Shown in pieces: positions 19,582-30,011 of a stretch of 64,000 bases of DNA. The notes beneath the pieces are model-generated. The model searched no databases. It saw only the letters and a list, made by a program, of their open reading frames with translations, and had not been told where the DNA came from. How positions within the stretch are numbered: position 1 is the first letter of the stretch; each line of letters starts with the position of its first letter. A program made the translations under genes and the position numbers. This DNA is from Candidatus Saccharimonadota bacterium (GTDB taxonomy: Bacteria > Patescibacteriota > Saccharimonadia > UBA4664). The stretch covers positions 2,485-66,484 of the forward strand of contig JACAFG010000001.1 in assembly GCA_019352195.1 (NCBI GenBank), in the 5' to 3' direction.

Positions 19582-20942
19582 TGTATACTACCGATCTCAT
19601 CCGCCGCTCGGGCCGCAGCCTCGCAAGCGCCAAAACTCGTACACTGTTAACGGCTATCGCCATCGCTGTCGGTACGTTTGCGCTCACACTAACGCTCGGC
19701 GCCAGCAACGGTGTTCAAAGCTATGTTAAAAAGATCATCGCTAATAACTTCGACCCCGCTGAACTTATCGTTACGGCCGATTCTGGCCTTATCAACAAAA
19801 CCGACACCACTAAGCCACAAGAATATGACAGCAGCTTTGGCAGCCTCACCACGGCCGCCGGCGCCACCGTTCAGGTTAAGAAACTCACTGACGCTGACTT
19901 GCTGCGCCTGAGTCAGCTTCCCGGTGTGCAGCGCGTCCGTCCAGCTGTCAGCGTAGCCCTGCAATACGTCACGCGACCCGGCATGCGTAAATACGTTGGC
20001 ACACTCACCGCCTACAGCTCGTCGCAAAAGCCCGACCTAGCCGCTGGCACCTTGGGCGATGATGTGCCCGCCGGCTCGATAATTTTGCCCGACGGCTTCC
20101 TGAGCTCACTTGGCTTTAGCTCGGCCCAAGCCGCCATTGGGCAAACGGTCACGATTGCCGTGCAGCCCGCCTTCGACCAAACCAGCTTGCAGTCGGCATT
20201 TGCCTCGGGTGGTACCGCGGCTTTATCGCAACTGGCGACGCCAGCAACTACCCTCCAGACGTACAAAATCGCGGCCGTTTCCAAAACCTCCACGTTTAGT
20301 CAGCCCGGAACATCACTTTATTTGTATGCCAGTCTCGCCGAGACCCAAAAGCTTAGCGATCTCACGACTAAGGGAACCTCCAGCTACCGTCGCTATCTCA
20401 CCGCCTTCGTAAAAGCAGCCGACGGTACCAACCCTAAAAAACTCGACGCTGTTCAGACCGAAGTTAAGGCACTTGGTTATGGTGCCCAAAGTGTCGCCGA
20501 CACTGAAGCCTTCCTCACGCAAATCATCACCATTTTGCAAGGAATTGTAGTGGCCTTTGGCATCATCGCTGTGGTGGCGTCCTTGTTTGGCATCATCAAC
20601 ACGATGTATATATCGGTACTCCAGCGCACCCGTGAGATTGGCCTCATGAAAGCTCTCGGTATGCGCAAACGCGACATTAACAGCTTGTTCCGTATGGAAG
20701 CTGCACTCATCGGCTTCTTGGGCGGTATCTTGGGCGCCGGCGCTGCCGTGCTGCTGGGACTCGTCTTAAACCCGTGGATTTCTAACAAACTCGGCCTCGG
20801 TGGCGACCCGCTGCTCATCTTTAACTATCTGCAAATCGCCCTCCTCGTAGCCGCGCTCATGATTGTCGCCACGCTGGCTGGTTTACTGCCTGCGCGCAAG
20901 GCGTCGCGTCTTAATCCTATCGACGCCTTGCGGACCGAATAA
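19581..20942 (+). CDS. ABC transporter permease (MacB/FtsX-like)
   Basis: RTREIGLMKALG and PARKASRLNPIDALR; TAATG coupling to the ATPase. Confidence 0.9.
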   Translation: MYTTDLIRRSGRSLASAKTRTLLTAIAIAVGTFALTLTLGASNGVQSYVKKIIANNFDPAELIVTADSGLINKTDTTKPQEYDSSFGSLTTAAGATVQVKKLTDADLLRLSQLPGVQRVRPAVSVALQYVTRPGMRKYVGTLTAYSSSQKPDLAAGTLGDDVPAGSIILPDGFLSSLGFSSAQAAIGQTVTIAVQPAFDQTSLQSAFASGGTAALSQLATPATTLQTYKIAAVSKTSTFSQPGTSLYLYASLAETQKLSDLTTKGTSSYRRYLTAFVKAADGTNPKKLDAVQTEVKALGYGAQSVADTEAFLTQIITILQGIVVAFGIIAVVASLFGIINTMYISVLQRTREIGLMKALGMRKRDINSLFRMEAALIGFLGGILGAGAAVLLGLVLNPWISNKLGLGGDPLLIFNYLQIALLVAALMIVATLAGLLPARKASRLNPIDALRTE

Positions 20943-20970
20943 CATCACGGGTATCTGATACACTAGCTCT

Positions 20971-21531
20971 ATGATTGGAACCCTCCGCGGCCTCATCGCC
21001 GAAAAACTCAGCGACACGCTCATTCTCGAAGTTGGTGGTGTCGGCTACGAGCTGCTCACCACCGTCGATGACTGGGGCGCGGCCCAAGTTGGCGCCGAAA
21101 CCAAATACTACGTGTACGAACAGGTGAAAGAAGATGCCTACAACCTGTTTGGCTTCTCCGAGCTATCATCCAAACTCCTTTTTGCCCAACTCCTCACCGT
21201 TCAGGGTGTTGGCCCCAAAGGCGCTATGAGCATTCTCTCGGCAGCGGGGGAGAATCGCCTGCGCCAGGCCATTGCTAGCGGCGACCCAGCGCTACTAAAA
21301 GGCATCTCGGGCGTTGGCCCCAAAACCGCTCAGCGCGTCATTCTTGACCTTCGTGGCAAGGTTGAAGAAGGCACCGCAGGATTAGCGCCGCTCGGCGACT
21401 CCACCTATCAGGCGCTGGTAGCGCTCGGCTACACGCCGGCTCAGGCATCAGCGGCCGTCGCCGCCATCCCCGACGACATTAAGGGCGACGCCGACCGGGT
21501 GAAGGCTGCCCTCAAAGGCATTGGCCGGTAA
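20971..21531 (+). CDS. ruvA: Holliday junction DNA-binding protein RuvA
   Basis: GVGYE, LFGF, GVGPK twice, ALVALGY. Confidence 0.95.
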   Translation: MIGTLRGLIAEKLSDTLILEVGGVGYELLTTVDDWGAAQVGAETKYYVYEQVKEDAYNLFGFSELSSKLLFAQLLTVQGVGPKGAMSILSAAGENRLRQAIASGDPALLKGISGVGPKTAQRVILDLRGKVEEGTAGLAPLGDSTYQALVALGYTPAQASAAVAAIPDDIKGDADRVKAALKGIGR

Positions 21532-21611
21532 CTTCGAACGCTGTTATGCCAAACGCGTAAGGCAATTTTCGTTCGCCTCGCGTTCGCCCTTATATCTGGT
21601 ACAATGTGGTT

Positions 21612-22631
21612 ATGATTGAGCGGATCGTAAATCCCGAACCCGCCAGCGAGCCGGATATTGTAGAGGAGCAAACCCTCGAAACCCTGCGCCCGCGCAGTTT
21701 TGATACCTATACCGGCCAAGAGCTGCTGAAGCAAAACCTCAAGCTGGCCATTGAGGCCGCCAAACACCGCGAAGAGCCAGTGGATCACGTACTGTTGTAC
21801 GGGCCGCCCGGCCTTGGCAAAACCACGATGGCAGGCGTTATTGCCGCCGAAGTGGGCGCCAACATCCGCATTACCTCAGGACCTGCCATTGAGCGCGCAG
21901 GTGATTTAGCCAGTCTCCTCACCAACCTCGGCGATGGCGATATTTTGTTTATCGACGAAATTCACCGCCTGCCCAAAACGGTTGAAGAAGTGCTTTACCC
22001 GGCCATGGAAGATTTTGTACTCGACGTAATGCTCGGAAAAGGGCCGTCGGCCAAAAGCATTCGCCTCGACCTGCCCAAATTCACGATCATCGGCGCTACC
22101 ACGCGCGCTGGTGCTTTGGGGGCTCCGCTACGCGACCGTTTTGGCCACGTGCACCGCCTTGAGTTTTATACACCTGACGAAATGATTACTATTATTGAAC
22201 GTTCGGCTGGTATTTTGGACATTGCGATCGACCGCGATGCCGCTACCGAAATTGCTACTCGCTCACGCCTAACCCCGCGCATTGCCAATCGTATGCTCAA
22301 GCGCGTGCGGGATTATGCCACTGTTAAACAAGTCGACGGTATCACCCGCAAAGAGGCTCGCGAAGCGCTTCATTTGCTCGAAGTCGACGAGCTTGGTCTG
22401 GACTCGTCCGACCGCCGGCTTCTTACCATGATTATTGAGCATTACAACGGCGGCCCGGTCGGCCTTACAACTATGGCGGCAGCGTTGGCCGAAGAGACCT
22501 CCACGATTGAAGACGTCTACGAGCCGTTTCTGATGCAAATTGGCATGCTCGAGCGTACTTCGCGGGGGCGCCGCGCCACCAGCAAGGCCTATGCTCACCT
22601 GGGTCTGACCCCTCCAGAAATTAAGTCCTAA
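21612..22631 (+). CDS. ruvB: Holliday junction helicase RuvB
   Basis: [27 protein letters not shown]. Confidence 0.97.
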   Translation: MIERIVNPEPASEPDIVEEQTLETLRPRSFDTYTGQELLKQNLKLAIEAAKHREEPVDHVLLYGPPGLGKTTMAGVIAAEVGANIRITSGPAIERAGDLASLLTNLGDGDILFIDEIHRLPKTVEEVLYPAMEDFVLDVMLGKGPSAKSIRLDLPKFTIIGATTRAGALGAPLRDRFGHVHRLEFYTPDEMITIIERSAGILDIAIDRDAATEIATRSRLTPRIANRMLKRVRDYATVKQVDGITRKEAREALHLLEVDELGLDSSDRRLLTMIIEHYNGGPVGLTTMAAALAEETSTIEDVYEPFLMQIGMLERTSRGRRATSKAYAHLGLTPPEIKS

Positions 22632-22641
22632 CAAACAAGCA

Positions 22642-22670
22642 GCCCGCACAAGCGGGTTGCTTGTGCGGGC
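22642..22670. terminator. terminator hairpin between convergent genes
   Basis: GCCCGCACAAGC / GCTTGTGCGGGC perfect 12-bp stem. Confidence 0.7.
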
Positions 22671-22686
22671 CAAAGGGGTCCGCGGT

Positions 22687-23328
22687 CTACGAGTGCACGC
22701 CGGGCAGACTCGATTTCAGGTTGACGTGATAGCCGGCACCCAGTAGCCCGCGCCAGACGTTGGCGACTTCGTTCGGGTCCTTGCCATAGAGATCGACGTT
22801 CTCGACGGGGTGAGCACTGTCGCGTCCCGCCAGCATCAAAACGAGGTAGAGTGGTTGATTGCTGGCATCGAGGTGGACCGTCGTGATGGGATCCTCGAAC
22901 AAGCCAACCACTTCACTGGCAAAGTCAGCCCACTTGTTCATGCGAGCTTGGCGAGCGGCGTCTGACGAAGACTGATCCACTGCCACGAGTACCTGAGTAG
23001 CTGGTGCTTCCTCGTTGGCGACTAATTGGTCGTCAACCACCACCTGCTTTTCGGCCGAGGGTGCGGCGGAAACCGCCTTGGCAGGTAGATCATCCGACAC
23101 GTCAGACGTAGCGTCTGCCGGCGGAGCAGCCTTGTAGGCTGACGTGGGCGGCTTCTTCGGCTTGGTTTTGCTACTCGACGGCCGGTCGGTCCGGCTACTC
23201 GCCCGAGCTGCCAGCGAGTCGGTCAGGTGGCCCGGCAGTGGTACCAACGCGAGCGGCCTCGCGTTGGCCGGAGGCAGCGGTGAGCCAGGCTTGGGGACAA
23301 CAAAACCGTCTTTGACGGCGGCACTCAT
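22687..23328 (-). CDS. orphan protein with Pro/Ala/Ser-rich N-terminus
   Basis: 213-aa ORF; the frame extends upstream toward an AAGGAG RBS with an out-of-frame ATG near 23385 (possible indel). Confidence 0.6.
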   Translation of the reverse strand: MSAAVKDGFVVPKPGSPLPPANARPLALVPLPGHLTDSLAARASSRTDRPSSSKTKPKKPPTSAYKAAPPADATSDVSDDLPAKAVSAAPSAEKQVVVDDQLVANEEAPATQVLVAVDQSSSDAARQARMNKWADFASEVVGLFEDPITTVHLDASNQPLYLVLMLAGRDSAHPVENVDLYGKDPNEVANVWRGLLGAGYHVNLKSSLPGVHS

Positions 23329-23500
23329 TTCAAATCCAAATGCAGATGCAGATGCGACAGGAGCCGCGTTGAGATATTACACATCAGGGTACTCCTTAAC
23401 TCAGAAACTCCTCGAAAAATCGGTGAATACTGCGTTTGGTAGAAATAATATAGCACAAATACGCCCAACAAGCAAACAAAATGTCAATTATGTCAAACTA

Positions 23501-23528
23501 GAATAAGAGCTCGGATGAGCTCTTATTC
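23501..23528. terminator. hairpin/terminator
   Basis: GAATAAGAGCTC / GAGCTCTTATTC. Confidence 0.6.
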
Positions 23529-23546
23529 GTGAGGCTAGCGAAAGGA

Positions 23547-23912
23547 CTAAACGGCTGGTGCTACGGGAGGTGTATTGCTAGGCACACCGGCGCATGGACC
23601 TTGATAGATTGCTGGTCCAAATCCGAGGATGAGCGAACCAATGTAAGGGAAAATAATGAGCCCAAACACGCCAAAGACGGCACTTTTGCCAAACGATTTC
23701 GCGAGATCCAAGGCCAAAATAATAAAGAGCACGAGGTTAACAAAGGGGATAAACAGCAGAATCAACAGCGACCATGCAGGTCGTCCTACGATTTCGAGCA
23801 AAATGTAGGTGTTGTAGATAGGGATGATGGCAGCCCAACCCGGATTACCAGCCTTCGTGAAGATTTTCCACAAGCCGACGATTGCAATAATGCCAACGAT
23901 GAAGAAGGCCAA
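23547..23912 (-). CDS. DUF5684-like membrane protein (5' end uncertain)
   Basis: WKIFTKAG-PGWAAIIPIYN and LAKSFGKS motifs. Confidence 0.8.
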   Translation of the reverse strand: MAFFIVGIIAIVGLWKIFTKAGNPGWAAIIPIYNTYILLEIVGRPAWSLLILLFIPFVNLVLFIILALDLAKSFGKSAVFGVFGLIIFPYIGSLILGFGPAIYQGPCAGVPSNTPPVAPAV

Positions 23913-24054
23913 CCATATGGCGAGTACAACGCCGCTGTTGACGCTAGTTGTTGAGGTAGTAGCGGTTTACACGACCGAGAGTAGCGCCGACATTTGAAGC
24001 CTCATAAATGCTGGTGTTTACCTTAGAATAATCTGAATTTATGGCCAAGTAAAG

Positions 24055-24348
24055 CTAATTATTGCCAAATGGGTCGCTCTTACCCAGGGTGGTGGGAGCA
24101 ACCGTATCTGGAACAGCCGTCAGGGATTTTAGGCTATCAAGCGTAGCTTTATCAAAACTAATTCCGATAGCGGTGTCTGGTACATCAACCGGCTGAACAT
24201 TGAGTGCGGCATTAACCACGTAGGCCGTATAACCAAACGCGCCAATGAGAGCAAGGCCCACAATGAGCGGTTGCAAACGCCGTAGCCATTTCGTCACCAA
24301 TTTAGGATCGATTTTGGCCAAGCTCTTGAGATCGAGGTTCATATTCAT
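24055..24348 (-). CDS. small pilus-cluster membrane protein
   Basis: Single TM, ends GKSDPF like PilP-type proteins; last gene of the pilMNO run. Confidence 0.6.
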   Translation of the reverse strand: MNMNLDLKSLAKIDPKLVTKWLRRLQPLIVGLALIGAFGYTAYVVNAALNVQPVDVPDTAIGISFDKATLDSLKSLTAVPDTVAPTTLGKSDPFGNN

Positions 24349-24350
24349 GG

Positions 24351-24905
24351 TTATGGCTTCACGTAAGCATTTAATGTTATCGAATAATCGATTGCCTTAG
24401 TTTTATCTGGACGGCTAACAGTCAGGCTAGTAACGCTCGTAAAACGGTTGAGCGTCTCAATCTTACTCAAAAATGACTGCAGCTGCTGGAAACTGCCGGC
24501 GACATCAAAACTCACCGGCAGAGCCAATACGGCACCCAACTGGGTGGTTTGGGACGTGCCGCTTGGGAGTCCCCCAGAGCTCGGGAAGGTGGCGCTACCT
24601 AAAACGAGCCCGCATGACGCCGCAATGCTTTGCAACTGCACTAACAGTGCCGTTTGATCCTTGGTGTGCGGCAGCGCCGTATCCATGAGCGGCAGTTCTG
24701 GCACAACCTCTTTGGCATACTGAACTTTTAGTCGGGTGAGGCCATCAATTTGATCCTGATCCGCCACTTGTTGTCCTAGCGAGGTAGCAAGGGTTAGCTT
24801 GGCCGTGCCGAGGCGGTGCAATGCGTAGACATAGCCGTAACCACTAGCAGCCAGCGTAACAGCGGTGACGCCTAAAATGCCAAAAAAGAATTGCTTTGGC
24901 GTCAC
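24351..24905 (-). CDS. pilO: type IV pilus assembly protein PilO
   Basis: TM, coiled coil, ALP, GSFQQLQSFLSKIETLNR; position after pilN. Confidence 0.8.
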   Translation of the reverse strand: MTPKQFFFGILGVTAVTLAASGYGYVYALHRLGTAKLTLATSLGQQVADQDQIDGLTRLKVQYAKEVVPELPLMDTALPHTKDQTALLVQLQSIAASCGLVLGSATFPSSGGLPSGTSQTTQLGAVLALPVSFDVAGSFQQLQSFLSKIETLNRFTSVTSLTVSRPDKTKAIDYSITLNAYVKP

Positions 24906-25441
24906 TTGGCTTCTCCCGGGTTGAAGCCCAAGACGACGTTTGCCTGATATCCGGTGCTCGTAGAAGTAATGGATTGCAAATCAGCACCCGATATACGCGG
25001 AGAGGTAACAATAGCATCGTGGAAGGCCAAAATTTCGTTGTACGTCGAGCCGTTAATACTCACAACCACGGGCTTACTCGAATCGCCCGTAAGAGCAATA
25101 CCGGTAAGAGAAATACCTTTGGGAAGCACGGCGGCCAGATCGTAAAGCAGCTGCGAAAAACGCGTTTGACCGCCTTCAATCGTTTTAATGGCGTTGACGC
25201 GCGCCGCCGCGTTGGCTGCCGTCAGCTTGTCATTGCTAAAGCCGGCAATCGTTTGCTGCTTGCTTGTGAGGTCAGTTGTCACCGATACCACCTGGCGGTC
25301 GAGATACATAATGGCCGTCGCAAAAATGGCTGCGATAATTACTACTACTACCACTACCAGCTGCAAGTACCGCAGGGCAGATCGGTTGTATTTGGCGTAG
25401 CGCAACTGCTCCTTGGCAGTTGGCGGCATCAGGTTAATCAT
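24902..25441 (-). CDS. pilN: type IV pilus assembly protein PilN
   Basis: N-terminal INLMPP motif, TM, coiled coil. Confidence 0.85.
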   Translation of the reverse strand: MINLMPPTAKEQLRYAKYNRSALRYLQLVVVVVVIIAAIFATAIMYLDRQVVSVTTDLTSKQQTIAGFSNDKLTAANAAARVNAIKTIEGGQTRFSQLLYDLAAVLPKGISLTGIALTGDSSKPVVVSINGSTYNEILAFHDAIVTSPRISGADLQSITSTSTGYQANVVLGFNPGEAK

Positions 25442-26490
25442 ATCTTACCCTCAAGACGTGCAAGTCCCAGTGCGGTGGTATACATTGGCGCCTCAATCTT
25501 TGAGACGTCCTGAATATGGATCAACTCGAGGCCTGCCCATGGATCCGATACGGTTACCGGCAACTCGAGTTCACGCGCCAAGTATTCCACGAGACCTGGC
25601 ATGCTAGCGCTACCTCCGGTGAGAATAATGTTTTCAACTGCGCGCTTATCATGACCGCGGTCCTGATAAAACTTGATGACGCGCCGAATTTCGGCGGTAA
25701 TGCTCGAGAGGGGCTTGCGCAGCGCGGCCTCAATTTTGGGTAATAAGTTTGACTCGCCCAAGCCAAAACGGGCTTTTATTTCGTTAGCTTGTTCGCGGGT
25801 TATACCCAGGACGCTCACGAGCTCCAGGGTGAGGTTATCGCCTCCCAGAGCGACAGTGTCGGTGAGGCGAATAACTTTGTCCCAAATGGTTAAATCAATT
25901 GAGCCGGCGCCAATATCGACCACTAAGGTAACGTGCTCAAGAGTTTGCGCTGCTAATACGGCTCGGGTAACGGCCGCAAGGCTTGATTCGATAAAAATTA
26001 CTTCTAGATTCATCAGTTCAAACAGTTTGAGATAACTATCAACAATCGCGCGGGGTGCTGCTACCATGAGCACTTGTGAGGTTTCGCCAACCGTATCAAT
26101 AATTTCATAATCCACGTACAGGTCGGGGAGGGGAACGGGTACATATTGCTCTGCCTCAAGGCGAACTGCGGCCCCCAAGTCAGCTACGGCCATTTGCGGC
26201 AGTTCCAGCACTCGCGTGAAGACTTTTGCTACTGGTAACGATGCTGCCACGCGAGTAGCAGTGATTTTGCCAAAACTCATTTGTTTCATGAGCGGTGCCA
26301 GTGCATCGGCAATTTCCTGCGGATCAACGATAATTCCTTCCACGATAGCCTCGCCCGGGAAGTTGGCATAGCCGTAACCAACCACCTGCATGGATTTACC
26401 ATTTGGACGCAGCTGGATCATCTTGGCGGTTCGTGTGCCCAAGTCAAAGCCAAAGATCGGCTGGTTGTGATAAATCAGCGGAACTTTCAC
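25438..26490 (-). CDS. pilM: type IV pilus assembly protein PilM
   Basis: Actin-like GFDLG, EAEQYVP, VDIGA, LTGGSA, ALGLA. Confidence 0.9.
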   Translation of the reverse strand: MKVPLIYHNQPIFGFDLGTRTAKMIQLRPNGKSMQVVGYGYANFPGEAIVEGIIVDPQEIADALAPLMKQMSFGKITATRVAASLPVAKVFTRVLELPQMAVADLGAAVRLEAEQYVPVPLPDLYVDYEIIDTVGETSQVLMVAAPRAIVDSYLKLFELMNLEVIFIESSLAAVTRAVLAAQTLEHVTLVVDIGAGSIDLTIWDKVIRLTDTVALGGDNLTLELVSVLGITREQANEIKARFGLGESNLLPKIEAALRKPLSSITAEIRRVIKFYQDRGHDKRAVENIILTGGSASMPGLVEYLARELELPVTVSDPWAGLELIHIQDVSKIEAPMYTTALGLARLEGKI

Positions 26491-26590
26491 GCGTACCTCT
26501 CACCTAGGATTAGCATAACCATTTCCATAATTGTATCATCATTCGCAGTCTTTAGGCACACGACTTGCGCACTCCTTTGCCAAGAATATG

Positions 26591-27982
26591 CTACGGACTA
26601 AACAGCTGTTCCCGCCACGTCAACACAGAGTAATTACCTGTCGTCGGAAAGCCAGGTGGCGGCGCGTAAATGAGGTGTGAATCAAAGTTGTAAGCAGTTG
26701 TGGGAAAGCCGGAACAAAACGATCCACAGCCAGGGACCTTAAATCCGTAATCATTGGCGTTTTGACCCAGTGACCCATAGAGCGTAAAGCTCGACTTAAG
26801 GCCGCCGTTGGCCGTGTCATAGCCTACCGACCCATATTGCGCCAGCATGCCCGCGTCAACCTCCATTACATTAGGTACATATCGCGGGATAAACACATCT
26901 TGCTGCGCCACGAGGCCAATAGCCGCACTGCCGTCCTTAGCGGCGTAGGTCAGGTTACCGATGATATTGATACTGCGGCGCGTCGCGGGCGAATCGGGCA
27001 ACTTGGCCGCCACAATCGTAATACGGCCAGGCCAGCTGGTACCGCTTAGCCATACTTCTTCGGTTGAGAACAAAATACCATTGGTAGGTGCAGCCTGGTT
27101 ACGAATAAAGGTTTTGGTAATACCCGATGAGCTCTGGTTAGTAACTTTATAGACATCGATCGTGCCGTCGGAGCGTAGATTGAGATAGAATCCAATTCCG
27201 CGCGAGTTGTTCAAATACACGCCGCTGCTGGTCTGCGCCTGCGTCTGCAGCGAGGCCAAATTGGCGGTAACCGCGGTGAAGTCGATGGAAGGAACGGGGA
27301 ACTGCCACTGGCTCTTGGGACCTCCGGCGCCCCACACGTCTGGCTTCGAGGTGCCAGTTGAGCCGGCAATATACGATGTCTTAGCGCCCATAACCGGTCC
27401 GTTATTTACGCCATCAAACTGGACGCCAATATTGGAGAAGACCGGACCGGTGGTGGTAGCGGTCGGCGAAAAATTGAGCTCCGAGTTGGATAAGAAGATG
27501 TAGTTAGAAAACGATGGCTGGCCGAGCTGAGCCAAAATCGTGCGTCCGCCGGTTAGATTTGGCACCTGACCCACCGAACGTACCGTAGTAACCGTGGAGC
27601 CGTTAACTGGCGGGGTAATGTAGAGGGTGTAAGTACCCTGTAGGACATTGTTATTGTCGTAATACGAGTGGACATACGGGCCATAGGGGCTAGTGGGCGG
27701 CGTAGGCGTGTGGCCATCGGTATAGTCACTAGGGTTATGCGACAGGTGCCACAGGTAGTAATTGATGCCAGCCTCGGCGACGTCTAAGGCGCGGTCCTGA
27801 CGAACGTTAAACTGCGTGAAGCGCTCGTTATTGAGCAGCACCTGAGCCGCCGAAGCTCCCAGCGCCGATAAGATTACCGCTGCCACCAACACCGTCAGTA
27901 AAATGTAGCCGCCGTCACGCACGCCGCTCTTGGTAATTCGGCTGAAAGTCCTCGCAAGTTGTAATCGTCGTAGGTTCATCAT
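26591..27982 (-). CDS. PilX-like minor pilin
   Basis: G-YILLTVL prepilin-like segment, ALDVAEAG motif, C-terminal PPPGF...WRE. Confidence 0.75.
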   Translation of the reverse strand: MMNLRRLQLARTFSRITKSGVRDGGYILLTVLVAAVILSALGASAAQVLLNNERFTQFNVRQDRALDVAEAGINYYLWHLSHNPSDYTDGHTPTPPTSPYGPYVHSYYDNNNVLQGTYTLYITPPVNGSTVTTVRSVGQVPNLTGGRTILAQLGQPSFSNYIFLSNSELNFSPTATTTGPVFSNIGVQFDGVNNGPVMGAKTSYIAGSTGTSKPDVWGAGGPKSQWQFPVPSIDFTAVTANLASLQTQAQTSSGVYLNNSRGIGFYLNLRSDGTIDVYKVTNQSSSGITKTFIRNQAAPTNGILFSTEEVWLSGTSWPGRITIVAAKLPDSPATRRSINIIGNLTYAAKDGSAAIGLVAQQDVFIPRYVPNVMEVDAGMLAQYGSVGYDTANGGLKSSFTLYGSLGQNANDYGFKVPGCGSFCSGFPTTAYNFDSHLIYAPPPGFPTTGNYSVLTWREQLFSP

Positions 27983-28554
27983 AAGTTCGTCTTTAAATTA
28001 CGCAGCGTTACCTTTGTCGAAATTGATATCGGCACCGGTACCTGTTTGGCATTGGGGTTGGCGGCCACGTACAAGCCAACTTCTTTAACCTGCGACGGCA
28101 AAAAGCTGCCGGTTAGCAAGTTATCGGCGTCATCGTAGTAAGTAAACAGTGACGCAGTTCCCATCGCGAGGTCGATACGGGTGGTATAAAACTTTTCGTT
28201 GGCGGGCAAATAGGTATAACTTGGGGCAGTGCCAGTAGGCGGCGTCACGCCAATATTGAGGTTCGTTCCGTTAACAAAGTAGCGCACTTTATCGATAACC
28301 GTGTCTTGAGGTGAAAAATACGCGTAGACAATCAGAGTATCGGGGCTGGCCGTATCCAAACTGGTAGCACCGCGCACAACTTTGGTCACTCGGTCCGATA
28401 ACGTTTGCAATTCGAGGGCGGTATCAGACTGAGCTTGAATAAAGTTGTAACTACTGAGTCCTTTGATGAGAAATGTGCTGAGCGGCAGCGCAATGAGGCC
28501 CGTGATCACAATCACGATCAGGAGCTCAAGCAGCGAGTAACCAGACTCACTCAC
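27979..28554 (-). CDS. minor prepilin (PilW-like)
   Basis: G|YSLLELL class III signal. Start is GTG 28554, or ATG 28576 if a G-run indel is corrected. Confidence 0.8.
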   Translation of the reverse strand: MSESGYSLLELLIVIVITGLIALPLSTFLIKGLSSYNFIQAQSDTALELQTLSDRVTKVVRGATSLDTASPDTLIVYAYFSPQDTVIDKVRYFVNGTNLNIGVTPPTGTAPSYTYLPANEKFYTTRIDLAMGTASLFTYYDDADNLLTGSFLPSQVKEVGLYVAANPNAKQVPVPISISTKVTLRNLKTNL

Positions 28555-28576
28555 AACGTGCCGGTTGGTGGCCCAT

Positions 28577-29935
28577 CTAAGGAGTGACACTAAACCCTCC
28601 TGTCTGCGTGACGGTATTGCCATTGCTGGTGACCACCACATCCCAGCTCCCGGTGGGTGCGCCGGTAAAGTTAAACGTTCCAGACAACGATGTGTCACCG
28701 CCTCCGCTCGTAATGCCGGTAGCGTTAATATCGGGTTGTCCAGCTGATTTAAGCGTAATCGTGCTACTTGAAGACAGGTGCGTGCCCGTAATTGTCATAA
28801 CCATGGCGTTGTTGCCGGTCGACGATGCGTTGGGACTCACATTAGTGATGGTGGGGTAGTTGGAGTTGGTCGTAACTACCAGGTTTACCGCACTCGTCGT
28901 ACCTGGCGCCAATATAAGCGGCGCGTACGGCTGAGCCGACACCAGGTAGTATCCAGATGCTACCGCAAATGAGTAACTGTCCCATTCCAGACCCGTTAGA
29001 TTGATATTGCCAGTGCCATCGGTGGTATTGGCTATTGAGTATTTACTCACCGAGGGGTTTTGGTAAATTGTTTTCGCTCCACTCGTGGTAACTTTGAGCG
29101 CGCTCACCGGGTTACCGTTGGTATCTTCCACGTGCAGGCTTAAGTTTGACGTGTGGTCAATCGACAGCGTAATCGCCGTTACCTGCTGAACAAGCACATT
29201 CGGATTTACGATAGTGGCGGTTTGGGGACCTGCTGGGTCAGCGGTACTCCCAGAGGTTGAGTAGCCCGGCAGCGACGCGGTCACCACGTATCTATTGCTA
29301 GAATCCAGCGGCAAGTCGGGCACAGTGACAAAACCAAGATTGTCGGTGGTAGTAGCAATATTAACGTCCGGGTTAGGGTTAGGGTTGAATATTGTCACGT
29401 TGGCCTGCGGGACGGGGTTACCATTGGAATCGATCACCTTAATGGACAACACTCCCGTGTTGCTTGATGTTTCCGACGCCTTGGCTGCCAGATCAGTAGT
29501 TAGTTGCGCCACCAACTGCCCGCTCGTTTTGAGATACACGCTGATTTCGGCGCGTTTGTAGTCTCCGGGGTTTTTATCAACCGGCTTACCCGGAATAGTT
29601 CCGGCCGCGTTCCCGTCATAGGGGTCATCTACGTACTTAATGCTGGTGTTCACGGTAAAGGTATATCCGCCGCGAACCAGAATCTGGTTGTCGGGCAGAA
29701 TTCCCGGCGGGTAAATTTCGCCGAACTGGGTAGCTAGACTTTGGTAAGGCAAATCGCGCAGGTTTTCTATTTGTTCCTGGGCCAAGGCCAGACCAATCGC
29801 GCGGGCTTTACCGACCGTTACCACGTGCAAGTTATCGATAAACAGCTGAGAAATAGCCGTTACCATAATCGTCATCACCACCAAGCCCACTATGGTCTCG
29901 ATGAGCGTAAAACCGGCCTCACCTCGTCGCGTCAT
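28577..29935 (-). CDS. large minor prepilin with Ig-like/carboxypeptidase-regulatory-like and IPT-like domains
   Basis: G|FTLIETI class III signal; DSNGNPV..ANVTI and PTITNVSP repeats. Confidence 0.8.
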   Translation of the reverse strand: MTRRGEAGFTLIETIVGLVVMTIMVTAISQLFIDNLHVVTVGKARAIGLALAQEQIENLRDLPYQSLATQFGEIYPPGILPDNQILVRGGYTFTVNTSIKYVDDPYDGNAAGTIPGKPVDKNPGDYKRAEISVYLKTSGQLVAQLTTDLAAKASETSSNTGVLSIKVIDSNGNPVPQANVTIFNPNPNPDVNIATTTDNLGFVTVPDLPLDSSNRYVVTASLPGYSTSGSTADPAGPQTATIVNPNVLVQQVTAITLSIDHTSNLSLHVEDTNGNPVSALKVTTSGAKTIYQNPSVSKYSIANTTDGTGNINLTGLEWDSYSFAVASGYYLVSAQPYAPLILAPGTTSAVNLVVTTNSNYPTITNVSPNASSTGNNAMVMTITGTHLSSSSTITLKSAGQPDINATGITSGGGDTSLSGTFNFTGAPTGSWDVVVTSNGNTVTQTGGFSVTP

Positions 29936-29959
29936 GTCCGCATTATAACGCTTAAGCTC

Positions 29960-29991
29960 ACCAAAAACGACCCCGAAGGGTCGTTTTTGGT
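29960..29991 (-). terminator. terminator after major pilin
   Basis: ACCAAAAACGACCC / GGGTCGTTTTTGGT. Confidence 0.8.
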
Positions 29992-30011
29992 CCGGTCAGG
30001 ATAACGACTTA

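Noticed and set aside
27979-28698. Long N-terminal extensions in the ORF track (also murI 7085, ruvC 12381, permease 19455, pilB 34952, 53361, 62950)
   Set aside because: They overlap upstream genes or promoters; family motifs and -10/ATG spacing indicate later starts.
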